A DNA stretch of 64,000 nt, from contig DASTYI010000112.1 in NCBI GenBank assembly GCA_035765045.1, positions 3,600 through 67,599 on the forward strand, written 5' to 3'. Source of the stretch: Iamia sp. Its GTDB lineage: Bacteria; Actinomycetota; Acidimicrobiia; Acidimicrobiales; Iamiaceae. Position numbers and translations under genes: made by a program. The notes beneath the pieces are model-generated. The model was not told the DNA's origin, did no database searches, and worked only from the letters and a program-made list of their open reading frames with translations. Positions 37,998 to 47,392 of this stretch are shown here, in pieces. Position 1 is the stretch's first letter. Each line of letters begins with the position of its first letter.

Positions 37998-38740
37998 GCG
38001 AGGGGCGCGTCGCGCTCGTCACCGGCGGGTCGGGGGCCATCGGTGCCGCCGCCGCCCGGGCCCTGGCCGCCGACGGGCGCGCCGTCGCCGTCGGCTACCG
38101 GGGCGGCGAGGTGGCGGCCAAGGAGGTCGTCGCCGCCATCGAGACCGCGGGCGGGCGGGCGATCGCCGTCGCCCTCGACGTCACCGACCCCGACTCGGTC
38201 ACCGCCGCCGTGGCCACCACCACCGAGGCCCTCGGCGCCCCGACCGTCGTCGTCGCCAACGCCGGCGTCACCGACGACGGGCTCTTCGTCCGCCTCACCC
38301 CCGAGCGCTGGCGAGCCGTCCTCGACGCCAACCTCGACGGCGCCTACCGCACGCTCAAGGCCGCCGTGCCCGGGATGATGAAGGCCCGCTGGGGTCGGAT
38401 CGTCACCGTCTCGTCGGTCGGCGCCTACGCCGGGGCCGCCGGCCAGGCCAGCTACGCCGCCTCCAAGGCCGGCCTGATCGGGCTGACCCGGGCCCTCGCC
38501 CGCGAGCTGGCCCCCCGGTCGATCACCGCCAACGTCGTCGCCCCCGGGCCCGTCGCCACGGCCATGACCGATGCCCTGCCCGAGGCCCGCCAGGCCGAGC
38601 TGGCCGCCACCGTCCCCCTCGGGCGCATGGCCACCGCCGACGAGGTCGCCGCCACCATCGCCTTCCTGGCCTCCGACGCCGCCGCCTACGTGACCGGCGC
38701 CGTGCTGCCCGTCGACGGCGGCATGGCCATGGGCCACTGA
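37994..38740 (+). CDS. fabG: 3-oxoacyl-ACP reductase
   Basis: TGGSGAIG, NAG and YAASKAG motifs; position inside the fab operon. Confidence 0.92.
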   Translation: MSEGRVALVTGGSGAIGAAAARALAADGRAVAVGYRGGEVAAKEVVAAIETAGGRAIAVALDVTDPDSVTAAVATTTEALGAPTVVVANAGVTDDGLFVRLTPERWRAVLDANLDGAYRTLKAAVPGMMKARWGRIVTVSSVGAYAGAAGQASYAASKAGLIGLTRALARELAPRSITANVVAPGPVATAMTDALPEARQAELAATVPLGRMATADEVAATIAFLASDAAAYVTGAVLPVDGGMAMGH

Positions 38741-38765
38741 CCACCCCCAACCCAAGGAGATCCCC

Positions 38766-39020
38766 GTGGATCGAGCCACCGTCCTCACCACCGTCATCGA
38801 CACCGCCGTCGAGCTGCTCAAGCTCGACGCCTCGGCCGTCACCGAGGACGCCCGCTGGAAGGAGGACCTGGAGGCCGACAGCCTCGACCTCACCGAGCTG
38901 GTGATGGCGCTGGAGGACCACTTCGAGGTCGAGGTGCCCGAGGAGGCCCTGGAGGACGTGAAGACCGTGGGCGACGCCGCCGACGTCGTCCTCGCCGCCG
39001 TGAGCGCCCCGGCCTCGTGA
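38766..39020 (+). CDS. acpP: Acyl carrier protein
   Basis: DLEADSLDLTELVMALED phosphopantetheine site; AAGGAG RBS. Confidence 0.95.
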   Translation: MDRATVLTTVIDTAVELLKLDASAVTEDARWKEDLEADSLDLTELVMALEDHFEVEVPEEALEDVKTVGDAADVVLAAVSAPAS

Positions 39021-40270
39021 GCGCCCGGCGCATCGCCGTCACCGGGACGGGCGTCGTCTCGCCCGCCGGCAACGACCTGGCCACCACCATGGCCCGGGTG
39101 GTGGCGGCCAAGGCGACGGCGGCGCCGATCACCCTGTTCGACGCCACCCCCCTGCCGGTCGGCTTCGCCTGCGAGGTCGGCGACCTCGACGTCGAGGGGC
39201 GGATCGGCGCCCGGGAGGCCCGCCGCATCGACCGCAGCGGCCACCTCGCCCTGGTCGCCGCGGCCGACGCCCTGGCCGACGCCGGCCTCGCCACCGCGGT
39301 GGCCGACGGGCTCGACGCCGGCCGGGTGGCCGTGGTCGCCGGCTCGGGCGTGGGCGGGCTGACCACGCTGGAGGAGCAGGTGAAGCTGCACGCCGAGCGC
39401 GGCCCCGAGAAGGGCCCGCGCCGGGTCAGCCCGATGCTGGTGCCGATGATGATGGCCAACGGCCCGGCCGCCCTGGTGGCGATCGCCCACGGCTTCACCG
39501 GCCCCTGCCTCTGCGTCGCCACCGCCTGCGCCACCGGGGCCAACGCCATCGGCGAGGCGTCCCGCATCCTGCGCGACGGCACCGCGGACGTCGTGGTGGC
39601 CGGCGCCACCGAGTGCGCCATCACCCCGACGGCGATGGCCGCCTTCGCCAACATGGGCGCCCTCAGCAAGCGGGCCGACGACCCCGCCACCGCCAGCCGC
39701 CCGTTCGACGTCGACCGCGACGGCTTCGTGATGGGCGAGGGCGCCGGCTTCCTCGTGCTCGAGGACTGGGACCACGCCGTGGGCCGGGGCGCCCGCATCC
39801 ACGGCGAGCTGCTCGGCTACGGCGCCACCTGCGATGCCGGCCACATCACGGCCCCGTCGGAGGACGGCGCCGGGGCCGCCGAGTGCATCCGCCGGGCGCT
39901 GGCCTCGGCCGGGCTGGCCGCCGGCGACGTCCGCCACGTCAACGCCCACGGCACGTCGACCCCGCTCAACGACGCCGCCGAGGCCCGGGCCATCAGCGCC
40001 GTGTTCGGCGCCGGCGCCGTGCCGGTGACGTCGACCAAGGGCGTGACCGGCCACCTGATCGGGGCGGCCGGTGCGGTCGAGGCGGCCGTCGCCCTGGCCT
40101 CGGCGGTCGACGGTGTCGTGCCGCCGGTGGCCGGCACCACCGAGGTCGATCCGGCGCTCGACGTCGACGTCGTCGTCGGCAGCCCCCGGTCGATCGAGCG
40201 CGGGCCGGTCGTGTCGACGTCGTTCGCCTTCGGCGGCCACAACGCCGCCCTCGTCCTGGCCCCCGCCTGA
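39017..40270 (+). CDS. fabF: 3-oxoacyl-ACP synthase II
   Basis: TACATG, NAHGTST, KGVTGH and FAFGGHN (C-H-H triad). Confidence 0.95.
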   Translation: MSARRIAVTGTGVVSPAGNDLATTMARVVAAKATAAPITLFDATPLPVGFACEVGDLDVEGRIGAREARRIDRSGHLALVAAADALADAGLATAVADGLDAGRVAVVAGSGVGGLTTLEEQVKLHAERGPEKGPRRVSPMLVPMMMANGPAALVAIAHGFTGPCLCVATACATGANAIGEASRILRDGTADVVVAGATECAITPTAMAAFANMGALSKRADDPATASRPFDVDRDGFVMGEGAGFLVLEDWDHAVGRGARIHGELLGYGATCDAGHITAPSEDGAGAAECIRRALASAGLAAGDVRHVNAHGTSTPLNDAAEARAISAVFGAGAVPVTSTKGVTGHLIGAAGAVEAAVALASAVDGVVPPVAGTTEVDPALDVDVVVGSPRSIERGPVVSTSFAFGGHNAALVLAPA

Positions 40271-40302
40271 CCGCATGCCCCCCACCCACCCCGCGCCCCC
40301 CT

Positions 40303-40459
40303 CCCCACAAGTCGCCCTTCCTGTGGCCCCCGGGTCGCGAAAGCGCGACGCCGGGGCGACAGGAACCGGTTCTTGTGGGGTGGGGGTCGCGGTTGGGGAT
40401 GGGGGGTGGGTTCCTGTGGGGCAGGGGTCGCGGAAGCGCGACGCCTGGGCCACAGGAAC
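40303..40459. repeat. Two REP-like hairpins (family B) with G-rich spacer between fabF and the carboxyltransferase gene
   Basis: TTCCTGTGG..GGGTCGCG-RAAG-CGCGACGCC..ACAGGAAC at 40318-40365 and 40410-40459. Confidence 0.85.
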
Positions 40460-40468
40460 GATGCGGCG

Positions 40469-41983
40469 ATGACCGACCTGGTCGAGGCGGCGGAGGCGGA
40501 ACCGGGTCCGGCCACCGCCGCGCTGGTCGAGCGGCCGCCCCCGACCGGACCCTCGCGCCCCGACCGGCGCCACCCCGAGCCGACCCGGTCGCTCCCCGAG
40601 CCCGGCCTCGACGGCCCCACGCTCGGCCCGCCGACGGCGATCGGGGCCGACCGCCCGGGCATCGCCGGCGCCGGGCTGATCGAGGTCGACGGGCGGACGG
40701 TGTCCTACTTCGAGGTCGGCGGCGGGAGCTGGTCGAGCCGCGACGCGGTGGCCGAGGCCGAGGTGGTCGAGCGGGCCCTGCTGCTCGGCGCCGACGTCGG
40801 CGTCCCGGTGCTCGGCGTCGTCCAGTCGCTCGCCCTCGACCCCGCCGACCTGGCCGGCCTGGCCGCCTGGGGCCGCGTCGCCCACGCCGCCGTCCGGGCC
40901 TCGGGGGCGGTGCCCCTCCTCCTCGCCGTCACCGGCGCCTGCCACGGCGGCCTGGCCACCATCCTCGGGCTGGCCGACCACGTCGTCCTCACCCGCGAGG
41001 CCAGCGCCTACGTCAACGGCCCGGCCGCCGTCCGAGCCGTGACGGCGATCGAGGTCTCCCCCGTCGACCTCGGCGGCCCCGCCGCCCACCACCGCGACAC
41101 CGGGCTGGCCTCGCTGGTGGCCGAGGACCGCGACGACGCCATCGCCGCCCTCGCCGACCTGCTCGCCTACCACCCGTCGTCGTGGGACACGCCGCTGCCC
41201 CCGACCCCGTGCGCTGACCCGCCCGACCGTCCCTGCCGACGGGCGGCGACGACGGTGCCGACCGAGCCCCGGGCGTCCTACGACGTGCGCGACGTCCTCG
41301 ACGACATCGCCGACGAGGGCAGCGTGCTGGAGGTCCGGGCCGACCACGCCCCCAACCTCGTCACCGCCTTCGCCCGCCTCGGCGGCCGTGCCGTCGCCGT
41401 CATCGCCAACCAGCCCCGCATCCGGGCCGGCACGCTCGACATCGCCGCCGGGTCGAAGGCGGCCCGCCACGTCCAGGCCGCCGACGCCGCCGGCATCCCC
41501 CTCCTCACCCTGGTCGACACCCCCGGCTTCGAACCGGGCAAGGACCTGGAGTGGCGGGGGATGATCCGCCACGGTGCCGAGCTGGTCCACGCCTACTGCG
41601 CGGCGACGGTGCCCCGGGTGTGCGTCGTGCTCCGCAAGTCCTACGGCGGCGCGTACATCGTGATGGACTCGCGGGAGATCGGCTCCGACCTCGTCCTCGC
41701 CTGGCCGACGGCCGAGATCGCGGTGATGGGCGCCCCCGGCGCCGTCGCCATCCTCAACCGTCGGGAGATCGCCGCCGCCGAGGACCCCGAGGCCACCCGG
41801 GCGGCGCTGATCGCCGACTACGAGGCCCGCTTCTGCACCCCGGCGGTGGCCGCCGACCGGGGCTACGTCGACCAGGTGATCGACCCCGCCGCCACCCGGG
41901 CCCACCTGGTCGCCGCCTTCGCCCGCCTGGCCGGCAAGCGACCCCGCCTGGTCGAGCGCCGCCACTCCACCACCCCGTGCTGA
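40469..41983 (+). CDS. Acyl-CoA carboxylase beta-subunit (carboxyltransferase)-like protein with divergent N-terminal domain
   Basis: IANQP, VDTPGF, IRHGAEL, RKSYGGAY and AEIAVMG motifs in the C-terminal half. Confidence 0.9.
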   Translation: MTDLVEAAEAEPGPATAALVERPPPTGPSRPDRRHPEPTRSLPEPGLDGPTLGPPTAIGADRPGIAGAGLIEVDGRTVSYFEVGGGSWSSRDAVAEAEVVERALLLGADVGVPVLGVVQSLALDPADLAGLAAWGRVAHAAVRASGAVPLLLAVTGACHGGLATILGLADHVVLTREASAYVNGPAAVRAVTAIEVSPVDLGGPAAHHRDTGLASLVAEDRDDAIAALADLLAYHPSSWDTPLPPTPCADPPDRPCRRAATTVPTEPRASYDVRDVLDDIADEGSVLEVRADHAPNLVTAFARLGGRAVAVIANQPRIRAGTLDIAAGSKAARHVQAADAAGIPLLTLVDTPGFEPGKDLEWRGMIRHGAELVHAYCAATVPRVCVVLRKSYGGAYIVMDSREIGSDLVLAWPTAEIAVMGAPGAVAILNRREIAAAEDPEATRAALIADYEARFCTPAVAADRGYVDQVIDPAATRAHLVAAFARLAGKRPRLVERRHSTTPC

Positions 41984-42007
41984 CCCCGCGCCTGAAAGGC
42001 TCACCCC

Positions 42008-42778
42008 GTGCTCCTCGCTGACCGCACCGTCCTGGTCACCGGCGTCCTCACGCCGTCGTCGATCGCCTTCGCCTGCGCCCGCCTGGCCCAGGAGCAGGGC
42101 GCCGATGTCGTCCTGACCTCGTTCGGCCGCGCCCTCAGCGTCACCGAGCGGGCGGCCAAGCGGCTGCCGACCCCGGTCGACGTGCTGGAGCTCGACGTCA
42201 CCGACGCCGGCCACCTCGACCGCCTGGCCACGACCCTCGGCGACCGCTGGGAGCGCCTCGACGGGCTGGTCCACGCCGTCGGCTTCGCCCCCGAGGCCTG
42301 CCTGGGGCACGACGACGGCCTCCTCGGCGCCGGCTGGGACGACGTCGCCACCGCCCTCCACGTCTCGACCTACTCCTTCGCCTCGCTGGCCCGGGCCGTG
42401 CGCCCGCTGCTGGGCGAGGGGTCGAGCGTCGTCGGACTCGACTTCGACGCCTCGGTGGCGTGGCCGGCCTACGACTGGATGGGCGTGGCCAAGGCCGGGC
42501 TGGAGTCGGCGTCGCGCTACCTGGCCCGCGACCTCGGCCCGTCCGGGGTGCGGGTCAACCTGGTCGCCGCCGGCCCGCTGCGCACCGTCGCCGCCCGCAG
42601 CATCCCCGGCTTCGACACGCTCTCGGGCCCGTGGGTCGAGAAGGCCCCGCTGGGCTGGGACACCGCCGACCCCGAGCCCGTCGCCCGCACCGTCGTCGCC
42701 CTCCTGTCGGACTGGCTCCCCGCCACCACCGGCGAGATCGTCCACGTCGACGGCGGCGCCCACGCCATCGGCGGCTGA
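42008..42778 (+). CDS. fabI: Enoyl-ACP reductase (InhA-type)
   Basis: TGVLTPSSIAF, GLDFDA, AYDWMGVAK and AAGPLRT motifs. Confidence 0.95.
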   Translation: MLLADRTVLVTGVLTPSSIAFACARLAQEQGADVVLTSFGRALSVTERAAKRLPTPVDVLELDVTDAGHLDRLATTLGDRWERLDGLVHAVGFAPEACLGHDDGLLGAGWDDVATALHVSTYSFASLARAVRPLLGEGSSVVGLDFDASVAWPAYDWMGVAKAGLESASRYLARDLGPSGVRVNLVAAGPLRTVAARSIPGFDTLSGPWVEKAPLGWDTADPEPVARTVVALLSDWLPATTGEIVHVDGGAHAIGG

Positions 42779-42781
42779 CCG

Positions 42782-43459
42782 CTACGGCGCCAGCAGGTCG
42801 GCGAGGGCCTCGGGGGTGTCGACGACGGCGACGGCACCCGCCTCCTCCAGCTCGCCGGGCTCGGCCGACCCCCACGTGACCCCCACGGTGGGCAGGCCGT
42901 GGGCGGCGGCGCCGTGGACGTCGTGGAAGCGGTCGCCGACCATGACCACGCCGGACCGCTCGACCGCCGGCCCGAGGCCGAGCAGCGCGCCTCCGACCGA
43001 GTCGGCCTTCGAGTGCCGGCCGGCGTCGGGGTCGGCGCCGACGACGACCTCCATCCACCGCCCGAGCAGGCCCTCGGTGATGATCCGGTCGGCCAGGTGC
43101 TGCGGCTTCGACGTCGCCACGGCCATCGGCACGCCGGCGCCCGCCAGGCGGTCGAGCACGTCGGTGATGCCGACGAAGGGGACGGCCAGCGAGGCGGCGG
43201 CGTCGTCGTAGGTGGCCCGGTAGGCGTGGATCACGTCCCAGGTGCGATCGGCGGGCACCCCGACGGCGGGCGGGAAGCCGTCGGTCCACGCCGGGCCCAC
43301 GCAGGCCCGCAGCACGGCTCGCTCGGGCACGGGCAGGCCGACGGTGGCCAGCGCCATGCCGAGGTGCTCGACGATGCCGGCCTCGGAGTCGCACAGGGTC
43401 CCGTCGAGGTCGAACAGCACGGCCGTCGGAGGCGGCGGGGGCAACAGGCCGGCGGGCAT
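42782..43459 (-). CDS. HAD-family hydrolase (phosphoglycolate phosphatase/5'-nucleotidase-like)
   Basis: FDLDGTL, ATSK and VGDRFHD motifs. Confidence 0.92.
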   Translation of the reverse strand: MPAGLLPPPPPTAVLFDLDGTLCDSEAGIVEHLGMALATVGLPVPERAVLRACVGPAWTDGFPPAVGVPADRTWDVIHAYRATYDDAAASLAVPFVGITDVLDRLAGAGVPMAVATSKPQHLADRIITEGLLGRWMEVVVGADPDAGRHSKADSVGGALLGLGPAVERSGVVMVGDRFHDVHGAAAHGLPTVGVTWGSAEPGELEEAGAVAVVDTPEALADLLAP

Positions 43460-43465
43460 CGTCGA

Positions 43466-43477
43466 GACCCTAGGGTC
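43466..43477. promoter_or_regulatory. Palindromic bidirectional -10 element serving two divergent leaderless genes
   Basis: GACCCTAGGGTC gives TAGGGT on both strands, 6 and 7 nt before the two ATGs. Confidence 0.7.
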
Positions 43478-43482
43478 GGGCC

Positions 43483-44226
43483 ATGACGCCCGATGCAACC
43501 GCCACGGCCACCGCTGCCGTCGTCAACGACCTCCCCAGCCGGTTCATGCTCGACATGGAGACCTACGGCGCGGCGGCGGCCGAGGGCTTCGAGGGGATGG
43601 ACTTCTACGCCGCCGGCCGCGGTGGCGCGCTCGGCGACGTGCCCAGCGCGGTCGTCACCGCCGCCTTCGTCTTCTTCGCCCCCGCCCTGGTCGACGAGAG
43701 CTGGACCCGCAGCGGTGCGCTGATGCCCCGCCAGGCCGCGGCCGACCTGTGGGCGGCGTCGTGCGCCCGCTGGGCCGAGGCCCACCTCGCCGGCGCCGAC
43801 GAGGCCGGCCTCGCCCGCCTGGCCGAGCTGCTCGGCCGGATGAACGCCGCCGCCAGCACCGCCGGCGCCCCCTGCTTCGGTGCCTGGCGGGCCCAGCCCG
43901 AGCCGACCGCCGACCGGCCCGCCGCCCTCGCCCTCCACCGCCTGATGGTCCTGCGCGAGCTGCGGGGCGGGCTCCACGGCGCGGCCGTCATCGCCCACGG
44001 CCTCAGCCCGCACGCGGCGCTGACCATCCGGACGCCGCACATGCTCCCGATCTTCGGCTGGGACGGCCCCCACCCCGGCGCCGACGACGCCCACGCCCAC
44101 ACCGCCTGGAACGAGGCCGAGGTCGCCACCGACCGGGCCCTCGCCCCCGCCTACGAGGTCCTCGACGAGTCCGAGCGCATCGAGCTCCGCGACCTCCTCG
44201 ACTCCACCCGCGACGCGGCGAGCTAG
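43483..44226 (+). CDS. Conserved actinobacterial hypothetical protein (SCO6745-like)
   Basis: FYAAGRGGALG..AAFVFFAP and LRELRGGLH motifs. Confidence 0.85.
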   Translation: MTPDATATATAAVVNDLPSRFMLDMETYGAAAAEGFEGMDFYAAGRGGALGDVPSAVVTAAFVFFAPALVDESWTRSGALMPRQAAADLWAASCARWAEAHLAGADEAGLARLAELLGRMNAAASTAGAPCFGAWRAQPEPTADRPAALALHRLMVLRELRGGLHGAAVIAHGLSPHAALTIRTPHMLPIFGWDGPHPGADDAHAHTAWNEAEVATDRALAPAYEVLDESERIELRDLLDSTRDAAS

Positions 44227-44651
44227 AGGTCCGGCGGCGGGCCGCCCCGGTCGGGGTCCCGGGGGCTGAGGAGGCCGACGGCGCGGCCGTCGGGGTCGTC
44301 GACGATGGCGAAGCGGGCGCCCCAGAAGGCGTCGTGGGGGGCGATCCGGCTGGGGTGGCCGGCGTCGACCAGCCGCTGGTGGACCTCGTCGACCGCCTCC
44401 CGGCTGGGCACGCCGAAGCCCAGCAGCGTGGTGGCATCGCCGGCGCCGTAGGCCTCGCCCAGCGCCGCGCTGTCGAGCTCGAGCTCCGCCGACGACCCGA
44501 CCTCGACCCCGCTGACGTGGTGGGCCCCGGTGGCGGTGCGCCAGATCAGGTCCTCGCCCCAGGTGACGCCGAGGAGGGCGTAGAAGGCGATGGTGGCGTC
44601 GACGTCGGCGCAGATCAGGTTGAGCCCGGTGAACCGGACGTCGTCAGCCAT
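44223..44651 (-). CDS. VOC/glyoxalase family protein
   Basis: DVDATIAFY and PHDAFWGARFAIVDDPDG motifs. Confidence 0.9.
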   Translation of the reverse strand: MADDVRFTGLNLICADVDATIAFYALLGVTWGEDLIWRTATGAHHVSGVEVGSSAELELDSAALGEAYGAGDATTLLGFGVPSREAVDEVHQRLVDAGHPSRIAPHDAFWGARFAIVDDPDGRAVGLLSPRDPDRGGPPPDL

Positions 44652-45612
44652 GGTCGGGCGCCAGGTCGCGGGCGGCCTGGACCGGGTCGAGGCCGAAGGG
44701 CAGGACGGCGAGGGCCGGGCAGGTGACGCCGTTGTCGACGTAGCGCTGGACGTGCTCCCGGCACTCCTCGGGCGAGCCGTGGACGATCAGCTGGTCGACG
44801 ACCTCGTCGGGGATCGCCTCCAGCGCCGCCTTGCGGTCGCCGTCCTTCCACGCCTTCCACATCGGGGCCAGCACGTCGCCCCGGCCGACCCACTCGTGGA
44901 AGGCGGCGTAGACGGGGACGTTCAGGTAGGCGGCGATGGCGTAGCGGCCCATGGCCCGGACGGTGGCGGCGTCGGTGGTGGGGGCCACGAAGATGCGGGC
45001 GATCACCTCCTTGCCCTCGCCCTGCTCGTGGACGATCGGGGCGACCTGGGCGACGTCTTCGGCCGACAGCCAGTTGATGATGGCGCCGTCGCCCTCCCGA
45101 CCGGCGAGGCGCAGCATCCCCTCGCGCAGGGCGGCGATCATGATCTTGGGCTGCTCCTCGGGGACCCGGCCGAGCTTGAACCCCTTGACCTCGAAGGTGT
45201 CGTAGGCCTCCTTCACCTTCTCGCCGGTGAGGGCGGTGCGGAGGAAGCGGACCATGTCCCGCGTCTTCTTGTACGGCTCCTCGAAGGGGATGTCGTTCCA
45301 GCGCTCGACGATGACGTTCGACGACGTGCCGATGCCGAAGGCCACCCGGCCGGGAGCGGCGTCGGCCAGGGCGGCGACGCTCTGGGCCAACGTCGCCGGG
45401 CCGCGGGTGTAGGCGGGGACGATGGCGCTGCCCAGGCGCAGCGTCGGCGCCCACGTCGAGGCCAGGGCGAGCGGGGTGAAGGCGTCGGCGCCGTCGGCCT
45501 CGCTCGACCACACGTCGGTGTAGCCGCGGTCGCCCAGCTCGACGATCGCCTCCCGCTGGGCGTGGAGGGGGAGGCCGTCGAACGGGATGGTCATGCCGTA
45601 GCGCTGCTGCAT
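44644..45612 (-). CDS. LLM class F420-dependent oxidoreductase
   Basis: GYTDVWSSE, LGSAIVPAYTRGP and GIGTSS motifs. Confidence 0.9.
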   Translation of the reverse strand: MQQRYGMTIPFDGLPLHAQREAIVELGDRGYTDVWSSEADGADAFTPLALASTWAPTLRLGSAIVPAYTRGPATLAQSVAALADAAPGRVAFGIGTSSNVIVERWNDIPFEEPYKKTRDMVRFLRTALTGEKVKEAYDTFEVKGFKLGRVPEEQPKIMIAALREGMLRLAGREGDGAIINWLSAEDVAQVAPIVHEQGEGKEVIARIFVAPTTDAATVRAMGRYAIAAYLNVPVYAAFHEWVGRGDVLAPMWKAWKDGDRKAALEAIPDEVVDQLIVHGSPEECREHVQRYVDNGVTCPALAVLPFGLDPVQAARDLAPDHG

Positions 45613-45658
45613 GGCCTCGTTCCTAGCGCTTCGGCGCGGGGAGCGCCTCCGGTCGCCG

Positions 45659-46474
45659 CTACCGCTTGAGGGCCGGGTGCTGCCGGGCGAGGATCGGCAC
45701 CAGCAGCGACTTGGGGGCGAGCCGGCCGGCGTAGGCGCCGACCAGGTTGGCGGCCCCGGGGATGACGACCCGCCGGCCCCGCGCCATGCCCTCGACGGCG
45801 GCCTTGGCCACGTCCTCGGCCGTCTCCCACATGAACGCCGGGAGGGCGCCGTCGGACTCCTCCTCGGTGAGCCCGGCGACCTCGCCGAAGCCGGTCTTCA
45901 CCGGCCCGGGGCACAGCGACGTGGCGGTGACGCCCGTGCCCCTCAGCTCGGCGAACAGCGAGTCGGTGTAGGAGAGCACGAAGGCCTTGGCCGCGGCGTA
46001 GCTCGCCTGCCCCGGCAGCGGCTGGAAGGCGCCGACCGAGGCCACGTTGAGCACGGCGCCCCGGCCCCGCTCGACCATGCCCGGGACGATCCGGCTGCAC
46101 AGGTCGACCACGGCCTCGACGTCGACCCGCACCAGCCGCACCTCGGCGTCGGGGTCCGAGGTGGCCACCCGACCGGTCGTCGAGAAGCCGGCGTTGTTGG
46201 CCAGCACGTCGACCACCTGGCCCCGGTCGGCGACCTCCTGGACGAGGGCGGCCCGGCTGTCGGGGTCGGCCAGGTCGGCGGCGATCACCTCGGCCCGGAC
46301 GCCGTGGGCCGTCGTCAGCCGCCCGGCGACCTCGTGGAGCAGGTCCTCCCGCCGGGCCACCAGGGTGAGCCCGTGGCCCCGCTTCGCCAGCTCGACGGCG
46401 AGCTCGACCCCGATCCCCGACGACGCCCCCGTGACGAGCGCGGTCCGACCCTCTCCTGGCACTGGCAAGCCCAC
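45659..46474 (-). CDS. SDR family oxidoreductase
   Basis: TGASSGIG, NNAG and YAAAK motifs. Confidence 0.93.
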   Translation of the reverse strand: MGLPVPGEGRTALVTGASSGIGVELAVELAKRGHGLTLVARREDLLHEVAGRLTTAHGVRAEVIAADLADPDSRAALVQEVADRGQVVDVLANNAGFSTTGRVATSDPDAEVRLVRVDVEAVVDLCSRIVPGMVERGRGAVLNVASVGAFQPLPGQASYAAAKAFVLSYTDSLFAELRGTGVTATSLCPGPVKTGFGEVAGLTEEESDGALPAFMWETAEDVAKAAVEGMARGRRVVIPGAANLVGAYAGRLAPKSLLVPILARQHPALKR

Positions 46475-46531
46475 GACCGGTCACAGTACGCCACGGCCGG
46501 CGGGCCCATCGGCGCTCGGTGGCGTCCCTCG

Positions 46532-47332
46532 CTAGCTCCACTCCCGGGCGATGGTCGACTGGCTGGCGGTGGCGAGGAGGGTGCCGTCCTGGGCCCAGAG
46601 GTGCACGAGGCCGTGGGCGAAGCCGCGCTCGAGGGCGTGGACCTCGATGTCGAGCAGGACCCACTCGGTGGGGACGAGCCGGACCACCCGCAGCGTGTTG
46701 TCGAGGCTGTTCCCCCCGACCTGGCGGCCGAGGGCCTGGCTGGTGCCGAAGGGGACGTAGTCGCCGAGGATCGCCAGCTTGGCCGCAGTGGTCTCGGGCA
46801 GGTCGGCGACCCGGGCCCACAGCGCCGAGCGGCCACCGGGCAGCAAGGTCCCGTCCCACTCCTCGAACTGGCGGCCGACGGCCAGGCGCAGCTCCAGGCG
46901 CCCGTTGATCGACTCGGTGTCGCCCACGAAGCGGCGGGGCCGGTCGGCGCAGTCCTCGGGCGGGGGGACGACCGGCATCTCGACCATCTGGCCCCGGGCG
47001 TCGAGGGCGCGGTCGCCGAGGGCGGCGTTGACGGTGAGGATCTCGGTGTCGCCGACGTGACCGACGGCCCGGGCCTGGCTCACCGAGCGCCCGGCCACCG
47101 GCACCGTCACGTCGATGTCCATCACGCTCGGCGGGCGGGCGTAGGAGAGGTACTGCGCCGTCGCCCACACGACGGGCCGGCCGGTGGTCCGCTCCAGCGC
47201 CTCGATCGCCGCCCCCAGCCCGCACCCGCCGAACAGGAACTGGTGGTTGGTGCAGAGCTCCGGGACGATCGGCAGGTACCAGCGGTGCGGGTTGTGGGTG
47301 GCCTGGAGGCCGAGGAACGACACCGGATCCAT
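46532..47332 (-). CDS. Acyl-CoA thioesterase (TesB-like double hot-dog)
   Basis: LFGG, GDY, SLDN and LATASQS motifs. Confidence 0.88.
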   Translation of the reverse strand: MDPVSFLGLQATHNPHRWYLPIVPELCTNHQFLFGGCGLGAAIEALERTTGRPVVWATAQYLSYARPPSVMDIDVTVPVAGRSVSQARAVGHVGDTEILTVNAALGDRALDARGQMVEMPVVPPPEDCADRPRRFVGDTESINGRLELRLAVGRQFEEWDGTLLPGGRSALWARVADLPETTAAKLAILGDYVPFGTSQALGRQVGGNSLDNTLRVVRLVPTEWVLLDIEVHALERGFAHGLVHLWAQDGTLLATASQSTIAREWS

Positions 47333-47392
47333 GCCGACGGAGGGTACGGCTGGGGCGACGGATCGCCCCAGCCCGCCGGTCGGTGCCGGCGC

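Noticed and set aside
36329-42763. 2144-aa minus-strand ORF
   Set aside because: Antisense shadow of the fab operon; stop codons are rare at this GC content and no domain motifs are present
34832-42778. Type II PKS or aryl-polyene biosynthetic cluster
   Set aside because: No chain-length factor, cyclases or tailoring enzymes; gene set matches fatty-acid synthesis
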